From a virus, in IMG/VR virus record IMGVR_UViG_3300035698_012408: a stretch of 64,000 nt of DNA. The stretch is one strand, 5' to 3'. This document shows positions 55,081 to 64,000 of this stretch, one piece after another. The stretch's first letter is position 1, and each line of letters opens with the position of its first letter. The position numbers were made by a program, and so were the translations under genes. The notes beneath the pieces were generated by a model that worked only from the letters and a program-made list of their open reading frames with translations, had not been told where the DNA came from and searched no databases.

Positions 55081-55266
55081 TTACGACATGACGGCTGGGC
55101 AGATGATCTGCCCGTTGACGTCGTACTCGATCTCGTCGACTGATTGGCTGACCACTTGGCCGCCAACGACGAAATGAGCATAGCGGGGGTTCGGTCGAAC
55201 GTCAGTTAATTTGACGACCGGGGAGCCCGTAACCTGGGCAGTGGGGGTGGCTGTTGAAGCGACCAT
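55081..55266 (-). CDS. hypothetical small protein
   Basis: ATG 55266 with SD AAGGAG 7 nt upstream. Confidence 0.45.
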   Translation of the reverse strand: MVASTATPTAQVTGSPVVKLTDVRPNPRYAHFVVGGQVVSQSVDEIEYDVNGQIICPAVMS

Positions 55267-55357
55267 GAGAAGTCTCCTTCGTGGAGGTAGTGCGAGCACA
55301 GGTTGATACCCGGCTGCCGCTCGCGTGGCAGCCGGGTGTGTGTTCCGTGGTAGCAGC

Positions 55358-55909
55358 CTACGTGGCCGCTTCCTCTTTCGTGAGTGGCAGACTCGGCACG
55401 TCGCGATCGTCCGTCATGTTGGTGCGTCCTTCCGGCCTAGCATCGCCTTCCGCTGCCGCAGCTTCTTCGGCTTCCAACGCCTCGATCTCTTCCTCGGTGA
55501 GCCCGCGGGCTGCTCGCCGCAGATGCACCCCGACCGGGCAACTGAACTCTTTAGTCCCGGGTGCCCGCTCTCCATGAATGGCTGTCGACACTTTGAAGGC
55601 TACCTCGATGACATCTTCGTTGTAGTCGTACGGCCCCTCCTGGATCTCGGTGTTCATCACCAAGGCATCACCGCAGTCGGCGACTTCTTCTCCGTAATAC
55701 TTCCGTACGACCGACATCTTGTGATGCCGGCAGACCAGAAGCACACCGCTGAACGTGACGGCGGCTACGAAGAACGATTGATACGGCAACGCCTGCCGTA
55801 TCTCCATGCGCTGCTTGAACGTCGGTAGCCAGATCCCGCGACGGATCAGCGTGACGCGTTCGGCGATGTGACGCCAAACCAAAAGAATCATCGTGATGAG
55901 GTTCGACAT
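55358..55909 (-). CDS. hypothetical protein with N-terminal hydrophobic segments
   Basis: ATG 55909 with SD GAGGAGGAAGG upstream. Confidence 0.55.
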   Translation of the reverse strand: MSNLITMILLVWRHIAERVTLIRRGIWLPTFKQRMEIRQALPYQSFFVAAVTFSGVLLVCRHHKMSVVRKYYGEEVADCGDALVMNTEIQEGPYDYNEDVIEVAFKVSTAIHGERAPGTKEFSCPVGVHLRRAARGLTEEEIEALEAEEAAAAEGDARPEGRTNMTDDRDVPSLPLTKEEAAT

Positions 55910-56054
55910 TGAACCTTCCTCCTCGTGAGGGTGACAAGTGCAACCGGGTGTCAGCGATCGCTGACTAGGACCCGAAAAGATACAACACGAACCCCAACTG
56001 ATAAAGCTGAGGTTCATGTTATATGCCCGAAAACGAAGCTGAGTTTAGTTTGGA

Positions 56055-56522
56055 CTACGACACAAATGTCGTGTCATCGTAACGTGACGTCATGCCTTCC
56101 GGCGGTAGCGAGGCTACCCCGATAAGACACTCTTCAGCGGCCCACCGTACGGTGGACGCCATCGGGCGGCAGTAGCCTTCGGCGTTGTCCTTTGCCCATT
56201 GGACAGCCTCGGCTCGGTCGGTGTCACGGAAGACGTGACATACCGTCTGTCGGAATTCGTGTGACGTCCGAAGTTCTTCACGAACCGCATCCGTCACACC
56301 CGTGTGCTCCACATCCATGATGCGGTGTAACGGACTCTGGGCCTCGGACTGGTGGATGCCGCCCTCGCGATGAAGCGAGGGACATCCGATCATTCCTTCG
56401 GTGAAGTAATCACCGGGGAGCGTCCACGCCGTAACAGCCATCGCCATAGCCCTGGTGAACACCAGTGAATGCTCGTTGGCTTTATCGATCGTGTCCTTCT
56501 TCGGGAACAATTTACGGAACAT
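56055..56522 (-). CDS. hypothetical protein
   Basis: 155 aa with SD AAGGAGGTG upstream of ATG 56522. Confidence 0.6.
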   Translation of the reverse strand: MFRKLFPKKDTIDKANEHSLVFTRAMAMAVTAWTLPGDYFTEGMIGCPSLHREGGIHQSEAQSPLHRIMDVEHTGVTDAVREELRTSHEFRQTVCHVFRDTDRAEAVQWAKDNAEGYCRPMASTVRWAAEECLIGVASLPPEGMTSRYDDTTFVS

Positions 56523-56666
56523 ACTGCACCTCCTTGTGATAGGGACCGTGTTCCAGCAGTGCGGCCGGGGTCCATGAAATAGACCAAAAATGGCCCAAAA
56601 CGTGGGTTGTGAATACTACATTACAACCTCATCTTATATGACGTGTTTTTGGGCTGAATTTAGACG

Positions 56667-56695
56667 AAAAATGGCGGGCCAAATGACCCGCCATT
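56667..56695 (-). terminator. rho-independent terminator
   Basis: Minus strand reads AATGGCGGG-TCATTTGG-CCCGCCATT followed by TTTCGTCT. It lies 28 nt after the stop of 56723..57034. Confidence 0.6.
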
Positions 56696-56722
56696 CTAAG
56701 ATTTCAGATTGTGGTAGCCGAA

Positions 56723-57034
56723 CTAGATCGTGTACTTCACACGCTGGCCACGCCCGTTGCTCGCGATTATCCGCAACTGTCTCGCACCAAGCAACTGCTT
56801 GAGCTTCGTCAGTCGTGAGCCCCGGAGCGACCGCACCGCCGTCTTGGCCTGATTGATTGCGTCAGTCGCGATCTGGGTTTTCTGGGACCCGCACCGGTGG
56901 CAATTCTTCTTACCCTTCTGGACAGACTCCAACTGCTTCTTCGCAGCAGTCAATCCAGGGAGTATTGCCACGACACGCGGATCGGCCATCATGGCCTTGA
57001 TCGTGCTGTCTTCAATCACAAGTAGGTTTATCAT
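56723..57034 (-). CDS. hypothetical basic protein
   Basis: 103 aa with a single CHRCG. Confidence 0.5.
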   Translation of the reverse strand: MINLLVIEDSTIKAMMADPRVVAILPGLTAAKKQLESVQKGKKNCHRCGSQKTQIATDAINQAKTAVRSLRGSRLTKLKQLLGARQLRIIASNGRGQRVKYTI

Positions 57035-58077
57035 ACCACCTCCCGGTAGTATACCGTGAGCTCCACACCGTCGACTTCGATCGGCGCCGTCGCGGGTAGA
57101 TCATTGAGAAGCACCACGATCGACATGCCGAAGGCTCCGCGTTTCAGATCCTTACCCGTCATGCTGGGGAGACCCCACATGTCGCTGGAGCCGCCATGCA
57201 GCAGCGACTGCCACGCGGGACCCTCCACAGCGTCATTGACCGCGGCGTTGCTGCCCAGGCCGTATTCAGGGTGCTGAATGGCCAGGAACACCAGCCGGGG
57301 GCTGTAGGACGGTTCAGAGCTCATTGAGCTCGTGGACGACTCAGACGTCGTCGTGGCGTCCCGTAGGACGGTCAGGGCGCTGATCCCTTCGATAATGGCG
57401 TCATCATCCAGCGCGCTGAAGTCGAAGCCCTGGACGAGCAGCAGCTGGCTTGTCTCGCCGTTCAGCAGTGCGACCCGCGATCGGTTCAACCCGGCACTGT
57501 CGGAATCCAGGACAGGCGAGCCTGATCCGGTCCCGATCTCTTCCCACGCTACCCCGCCACCTACAGACTGGGCTGTGGTGCCTTCCGCTGTAGCTGACAG
57601 CATGGCACTGAGGGAAATGGAGCTTAGACTGCCGGAATCCGCGCTGCTTGACGACGTGAGGTCCGGGTCACAATCTGCCCCGAAAACATCCTCCCCGTCT
57701 GGGAAGACGGTATCCATCTTATCCAGCGTCCGTTTGATGCGATAAACATCACTACGCACGGCGGCGATGAAATCTTCGGCCTCCTCGACCGAGCGGAGTA
57801 GCACGTCCACGTAAGATAGGCGGAACCACTCGGGCGATGACGCCGGGGTTGGTCCGTCCTCTGGATATTCCTCAATGTCTGGTGGAGAGCAGACGTGACT
57901 GAAGGTACCCACGGCAGCGCCGGTTTGCGGGCTGAGCGGCAGCAGTCGATAGGCGAAGATCTTTGTTGCCATGCCAGTAGCACATACAACATTGAAACGC
58001 ACTCGAACGCCGTCGTCTTTACCGTAAACGTAGTGGCTAGCTGCCCAACTGATTTTGATGCTGCGGTTGGCCGACAT
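57031..58077 (-). CDS. hypothetical Ser/Thr-rich protein (possibly virion-associated)
   Basis: 348 aa with TSSSSADSGSLSSISLS and TTTSESSTSSMSSEPSYS tracts. Sits between the glycosyltransferase block and downstream unknowns. Confidence 0.55.
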   Translation of the reverse strand: MSANRSIKISWAASHYVYGKDDGVRVRFNVVCATGMATKIFAYRLLPLSPQTGAAVGTFSHVCSPPDIEEYPEDGPTPASSPEWFRLSYVDVLLRSVEEAEDFIAAVRSDVYRIKRTLDKMDTVFPDGEDVFGADCDPDLTSSSSADSGSLSSISLSAMLSATAEGTTAQSVGGGVAWEEIGTGSGSPVLDSDSAGLNRSRVALLNGETSQLLLVQGFDFSALDDDAIIEGISALTVLRDATTTSESSTSSMSSEPSYSPRLVFLAIQHPEYGLGSNAAVNDAVEGPAWQSLLHGGSSDMWGLPSMTGKDLKRGAFGMSIVVLLNDLPATAPIEVDGVELTVYYREVV

Positions 58078-58090
58078 CCCTGGGCCTCCG

Positions 58091-58447
58091 TCAGAATTGA
58101 AGTTTTGCTATTTTCCCTTGCCGCTTTGACCGACGATAGTATATCACAATCGGCCGACAAGGGTAACCTTTGCGGCTTTCGATAAATGCCCGGACATCTT
58201 CAAGTGCCGGGTCCTTCGTGCGTTTCAGCTCCAGAAGTTTAATGAACAGGGCATCTACGCACCCGCTCATAAACTTCCACTCGCTGCCACACGTTTTACA
58301 ATGTCTATTGTCCAGATACGCCTGCCATGACGCAAGGGCAACCTCGCGAAGATAGGCAAAAGCCGGGGCCTTGACATAAAAGTCGGGAGCCTTCAGCAGC
58401 CCAATCATGTGCTGGCGATCTAGCTTCAATCGTCTGTTTTCACTCAC
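58091..58447 (-). CDS. hypothetical protein
   Basis: 118 aa with a 4-nt overlap with the upstream GT gene. Confidence 0.5.
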   Translation of the reverse strand: MSENRRLKLDRQHMIGLLKAPDFYVKAPAFAYLREVALASWQAYLDNRHCKTCGSEWKFMSGCVDALFIKLLELKRTKDPALEDVRAFIESRKGYPCRPIVIYYRRSKRQGKIAKLQF

Positions 58448-60624
58448 AGTTCAACTAATTTGAGGGCTGGAGGAGCCACTACCCGAGGTTGTCGCGGCGG
58501 TACGGGCGGTGGTGTGGCTGTGGGCGATACCAGCGGTGGAACCTCCATCACACGCGTATTATTGCGTGGTGCCGGCTGCGGGGGCTGCGTCGCCGGAGCT
58601 TGAGCTGGAGGCCTGGGTGTCATGCCTTTTGCGACCGTGTCGATCAGCGGCATGGTGGACCCGCGGCGGTCCACGGAGCTGGTACGAACAAACTGCTTGC
58701 TGCCATTGAACTGCTTGATGGCGAAACCTGCTTGATATACCTGCTCCCCGATCTGCCAATCCCCGCCCGTGTGTGACAGGCCTGTGCCGAGATCGGGAAT
58801 ATCCGCTGTCTTGATACACTCGTGGGTGATTGCCCAGAACCCGCCGGTAGCAAACAGGATTTTCGTGCCGTTCGGGCTAGGCTTGTCGTTGTGCATCCGC
58901 CACGGACGTCCCTTGTACCACGGTCGCGAGGACAGGACCTCTCGCTGCGTCGGATTGGTCGTCCACACAAACTTCGCTCCGAACATGTGAGCGTTGTTTG
59001 ATTTATGGTGATTTACGATATGCTGCGTGAGTATGGACGCCCAGTTCGGGTTGACGTCGCAGACCGAGTCGTCGTCGAACCAGAGAACCCACTTCGTTTC
59101 GATCGGACAGTCAGGGTCAAAGAACATCTCGCGCATGACCGGATACTTGTAGACATTCTCGGCGTGCTGGTAATGCTTCCGAATCACACCCTTTTTCACA
59201 TAGTTCTCGATCATCGCCAACGACTTTGAATTCAACGCGTTGGAACCAACACGCAGATCCATGCGGCCCGCGGGCATGGTAGCTATCACAGATTCAAGAC
59301 ATCGCTTGTGCAGGTCATGGAATTCCTCGCCGCCGTAGAACAGAATACAGACGGTGTACTTCCCACCCACGTCCTCATTGTCGAAGGCCGCCTCGCTCGC
59401 GTATTCTCGTGTGCCGCCAGGACGCACGGCCACCCCATGCTTGGCTGACCGCCCACGTGTCTCCAGTTTCGCCTTCGGGCTACCACTCATCCGAATGTTA
59501 GCATTGGCTGGCAATTTTACGGAAGTGCGGGCTGACACATGCTGGCTGCCGCGTTTGCATGCCTGCTTAGACGGTACGACTTCGAGCAACTTGGGCTCCT
59601 GCAATTCGGGAGGCTGGACGCCGCCAAGGGGCGGGAGGCTTTGGTCGGTGTAATATTTCATGACTGCTTCCAATACAAGTTCAGGGGTTATCATATTCAT
59701 GCACTCGGCCACTGCCTGTCCTGGCAAGTAAATAGGCCGATGACACAGCAATTTATCATCATTCAGCGGTGTCACTTTGTTCCTCCAACAGCCGTGATGC
59801 TTACAGCAATCCAGCATACCTATCGTGTGCAGATACTGATGGGGCACCAAGATGTTTCCACTGGCTGTCGGACCAAAACCTTTGTTCTCGTTGACGTAGG
59901 CTTCCCACCACCACGCCTCGCGACCACCGCCGAGCACCACCGCGGGACGCTGTAACGCGGCGGCTATGTGCATGGCTGCTGTAACGCCGCAGATAACACC
60001 ATCTGCGTGGTGGATCAGACGTATGAGATCGCGTAGGTTTGTCTGCCCCACAAGATCCAACACTCCGGTGAGCGGCGGATGCCAGTGTCCGCCATCGTTT
60101 CCGCCAGCCTGCACAACGCCGAGACCCCTTGTGGTCAGGGCGTCAACAACGGTTTGAAAGTAATCGGGTCGCCATACCTTGACCGTGGCATCACTCTTCC
60201 CACCTGACAGTATAACCCAATAACGACCATCAACCAATGACACGTCACGCTCAGCGTCGGACAAGTGCAGATCGCCATACGGATGGTGCATCGGTACTTC
60301 TATACCAGTCTGCTTCTTGAAGTCACGATGAAAATATCCACAAAAATGAACGGTCTCTATGTTCTGCACACGAATGCCAGCACCGTACGAGAGCTTGATA
60401 AACTGCACGCCGGGCTTCAACGCCTTCGGTTTCTTTGATTTATGATTCCACAATTCGGTGATATATGGATTGTGCCGCCACAAGTCTGGACACGTCGTAT
60501 CGATGTCTATCTCGACCTCGTCGCCGTACGTCAAATGAATGTCGCGTACCAACGCGGACATGCAGACAATGTCGCCGGGAGATCGGTGGTGTGCTAGCAC
60601 AATTCTCTTGGGATTAACCGCCAT
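58444..60624 (-). CDS. two-domain glycosyltransferase: N-terminal GT9 heptosyltransferase-like plus C-terminal GT2-like, with Pro-rich tail
   Basis: GT9 half: RIVLAHHRSPGDIVCMSALVRDI and LVGQTNLRDLIRLIHHADGVICGVTAAMHIAAAL. GT2 half: KYTVCILFYGGEEF...WFDDDS. Tail: PPAQAPATQPPQPAP. Confidence 0.75.
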   Translation of the reverse strand: MAVNPKRIVLAHHRSPGDIVCMSALVRDIHLTYGDEVEIDIDTTCPDLWRHNPYITELWNHKSKKPKALKPGVQFIKLSYGAGIRVQNIETVHFCGYFHRDFKKQTGIEVPMHHPYGDLHLSDAERDVSLVDGRYWVILSGGKSDATVKVWRPDYFQTVVDALTTRGLGVVQAGGNDGGHWHPPLTGVLDLVGQTNLRDLIRLIHHADGVICGVTAAMHIAAALQRPAVVLGGGREAWWWEAYVNENKGFGPTASGNILVPHQYLHTIGMLDCCKHHGCWRNKVTPLNDDKLLCHRPIYLPGQAVAECMNMITPELVLEAVMKYYTDQSLPPLGGVQPPELQEPKLLEVVPSKQACKRGSQHVSARTSVKLPANANIRMSGSPKAKLETRGRSAKHGVAVRPGGTREYASEAAFDNEDVGGKYTVCILFYGGEEFHDLHKRCLESVIATMPAGRMDLRVGSNALNSKSLAMIENYVKKGVIRKHYQHAENVYKYPVMREMFFDPDCPIETKWVLWFDDDSVCDVNPNWASILTQHIVNHHKSNNAHMFGAKFVWTTNPTQREVLSSRPWYKGRPWRMHNDKPSPNGTKILFATGGFWAITHECIKTADIPDLGTGLSHTGGDWQIGEQVYQAGFAIKQFNGSKQFVRTSSVDRRGSTMPLIDTVAKGMTPRPPAQAPATQPPQPAPRNNTRVMEVPPLVSPTATPPPVPPRQPRVVAPPALKLVEL

Positions 60625-60625
60625 A

Positions 60626-61708
60626 TTAGTCCTCTAACTTCACGCCAAGTCGTTTGGCCTTTGCCACAAGCACTTCATTGTCCGGGGCCAGCTGCACGGC
60701 TGCCAGCAGGTGTCGCTGCATGCGATCCGTCAGTTCCATTTTGAACGCTATCAACCCGGCAAGATCATGCGGGTGATAATCCCACGCTTCATCGCGCGTC
60801 ATATAATGCTGCGGCCGTGCAGTGATCACCAACGCTTGGCACACAGCACCGTACGCCTGCGGCCACATTTCATGCTTCATGTGATACTGCGACAGCACGA
60901 GCCAAGGCTCTCGCTGATTCGGGGCCACGTGACACGCCGTCATGTAAGCGGCCAACGCCTCGGCGGGTTGTCCGAGAGCCTCATACGCTCTTGCCATGTA
61001 ACCATGAGCATTCGATCGTTCGATGCACCAAGCGTCAGGATACGTCGTAAGGTACTTATGTGCCGTGTCTAACACGTCCCCCCAGGCTTCCGCGTAGACG
61101 TACTCGCGAGCGAGCCAGAAAAGATGCCGGTCGGTACCGGTAGGTGACGTGCACTCGCGCTCCATCAGCTCGGTGTAGACTCGACTTTTTTCGCTATCTT
61201 GTCGATGTTCACACACCATAGTTGCTGCGGTGGCCATCGACTCGTCGCTGGCACCCGTCCAGTAAAGATTCTCATGCACGGTGTGTCGCCACTCGTAACC
61301 GGCCCGTTGGTGCGCGAAATCTTTGTAGCCAACTGTGCCGTAACCGCCATCTGCCTTGAACGAATGGATGTAGCGAAACTTCAAACGCGTGTGCGCGCCC
61401 GGCCGGAAATGCTGTTCGATCGGTTCTCGCCAGTTTCCGACAAGCACCTCATCGAGATCCAATGCGATGCACAGATCAATGTCGGTCGGCAAGCAACTGA
61501 GTACCACGTTTCTTGCCATGTCGAACCGCCACGGGTCCACGCAGATCGGTATGACGGTGGCCCCGTGGTCTTGTAGAATCTCTGCCGTGCGATCCTGACT
61601 GGGTGACAGCCCTACGGTCACGCTATCAGCGTACAGGTTGCACGAATCCATGAAACGCTCGGCGAACTTCTCTTCGTCCTTGGCAATTGTGTAAATAGCT
61701 ATTTTCAT
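60626..61708 (-). CDS. GT2-family glycosyltransferase with C-terminal TPR-like repeats (paralog 1)
   Basis: MKIAIYTIAKDEEKFAERF... followed by DLDE. ATG 61708 forms an ATGA overlap with the paralog upstream. Confidence 0.7.
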   Translation of the reverse strand: MKIAIYTIAKDEEKFAERFMDSCNLYADSVTVGLSPSQDRTAEILQDHGATVIPICVDPWRFDMARNVVLSCLPTDIDLCIALDLDEVLVGNWREPIEQHFRPGAHTRLKFRYIHSFKADGGYGTVGYKDFAHQRAGYEWRHTVHENLYWTGASDESMATAATMVCEHRQDSEKSRVYTELMERECTSPTGTDRHLFWLAREYVYAEAWGDVLDTAHKYLTTYPDAWCIERSNAHGYMARAYEALGQPAEALAAYMTACHVAPNQREPWLVLSQYHMKHEMWPQAYGAVCQALVITARPQHYMTRDEAWDYHPHDLAGLIAFKMELTDRMQRHLLAAVQLAPDNEVLVAKAKRLGVKLED

Positions 61709-62790
61709 GCTGCTCCGTCCCAACGATGGAGTATCGCTAGGCCTTTCTTGTTCTGCGGATCGAGTTCCAACGCTTTGAGCACTAACGCCCGTGCTTTGTC
61801 ATTATCGCCGGTTTCGATGCACGCCTGCGCGGTAATTAGAAACGGATCTGGACCCCAGGCAGCCCCATCATTTGTGGTAAACCCTGGGTCGCGATCCACC
61901 ACCAGCAACGCCTTAGACCCAGCCCACTTGGCGCCTTCAAAGTCCTTTTGATCACTGAAATACCTTGTGAGCGCGAACCATATCTCTCGCGTCCCTGGGT
62001 ACTCTGCGGTCGCACGCATGAGCCAGGACAGGGCCTGATTCGGGGCATTGGTGCGAGCGTAGACGTCACCCAGCATTCGCATGGCTTCGGCACGCTCGGC
62101 CTTCCAGTGTGACTTTGGGTGCTCCAGATACTTTGTGAGTGTCTCAGCACTCTTCAGGTCCATCCGGCGGAAGAAATACTCTCGACCGAGATAGAACAGC
62201 GTCCGGGGGCACTCACACTCAGCCACGGCCAGCTCCAGGAGCGAGATGTAGTTTGGCCGGGCCTTCGAGACCATGTAATGATGGATCTCGATGTCTTCGA
62301 GGGCGAGCACCTGGGTTGATTTGTTAAAAGAGGTAAGAGCAGCATGCCCTGGGTGTCGCCAGTGGAACCCGCTACGATCGTGGATATTCCCGGTGCGGAA
62401 ACGCACGGCTGGGACCTTACCTGGGACAGCCCATTTCCAGGTGTACCAGTAGAGAAACTGCTGAGCTATGCCGTCTTGCCATTTCCGTTCCAGTTCGTCC
62501 CGCCAATGGTTACCGCTGTGGGTGAACAGCACCTCGTCGAGATCGAGCTTGATGCACAAGTCCGTATCCTCGGGGACGTTACAGAGTGCCACGTTTGTGG
62601 CCGTGTCAAACCGCCACGGCATGATCCGGGCAGGTACCACGGTAACACCAGCAGCGGTCAATCGTTCCTGCGTACCATCCGTGCTACCCGTGTCTGTGAC
62701 GACAACGTAGTCTGCCCCCTGCGTGGTCTCGACGAAACGGTCGACGTGGTCCGCTTCGTTTTTGGCCATCGTATAAACTGCTATTTTCAT
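61705..62790 (-). CDS. GT2-family glycosyltransferase with C-terminal TPR-like repeats (paralog 2)
   Basis: MKIAVYTMAKNEADHVDRF... followed by LDLDE. Same architecture as 60626..61708. Confidence 0.7.
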   Translation of the reverse strand: MKIAVYTMAKNEADHVDRFVETTQGADYVVVTDTGSTDGTQERLTAAGVTVVPARIMPWRFDTATNVALCNVPEDTDLCIKLDLDEVLFTHSGNHWRDELERKWQDGIAQQFLYWYTWKWAVPGKVPAVRFRTGNIHDRSGFHWRHPGHAALTSFNKSTQVLALEDIEIHHYMVSKARPNYISLLELAVAECECPRTLFYLGREYFFRRMDLKSAETLTKYLEHPKSHWKAERAEAMRMLGDVYARTNAPNQALSWLMRATAEYPGTREIWFALTRYFSDQKDFEGAKWAGSKALLVVDRDPGFTTNDGAAWGPDPFLITAQACIETGDNDKARALVLKALELDPQNKKGLAILHRWDGAA

Positions 62791-62793
62791 TCC

Positions 62794-64000
<1,207 letters not shown>

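Overview
This looks like an internal 64-kb segment of a tailed dsDNA phage or prophage, roughly 55-58% GC by eye. I see about 90 tightly packed genes. Almost all lie on the minus strand in translationally coupled arrays with many ATGA or TAATG stop/start overlaps. Only three isolated genes are on the plus strand: csrA, terL and 43161..44381.

All functions are assigned from motifs read in the translations; no homology search was possible. Modules I can recognise:
- Replication and recombination: a partial DnaB-like helicase, an SF2 DEAH helicase, a Rad50/SbcC-like ATPase, an Mre11/SbcD-like nuclease, RNase H, a zinc-finger primase-like protein and a class II ribonucleotide reductase.
- Packaging: the large terminase.
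- A sugar-nucleotide and glycosylation set: HldE, a GT9-GT2 fusion and two GT2-TPR paralogs, lying next to a collagen-like fibre gene.
- A classical AAA+ ATPase with DUF1257-like and DUF2997-like neighbours.
- Two CsrA homologues.
- An excisionase-type HTH gene whose 3' end runs into a non-canonical 123-nt tRNA-like element.

I saw no rRNA, CRISPR array, integrase or transposase. About two thirds of the proteins have no motif I can name.

The signals most worth following up:
1. A short peptide motif, [GR]-x-x-R-x-[IV]-[DENQ]-[LVI]-[DN], anchored within 0-13 residues of the termini of at least 13 otherwise unrelated proteins.
2. Two phage CsrA genes, one divergent and translationally coupled to a small unknown ORF.
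3. An ADP-heptose and glycosyltransferase arsenal beside a collagen-like fibre carrying GPCC knot-like motifs.
4. A 434-bp regulatory gap with two perfect TGTGA-N6-TCACA (CRP-type) sites.
5. Three shuffled repeat modules around the tRNA-like/HTH locus.
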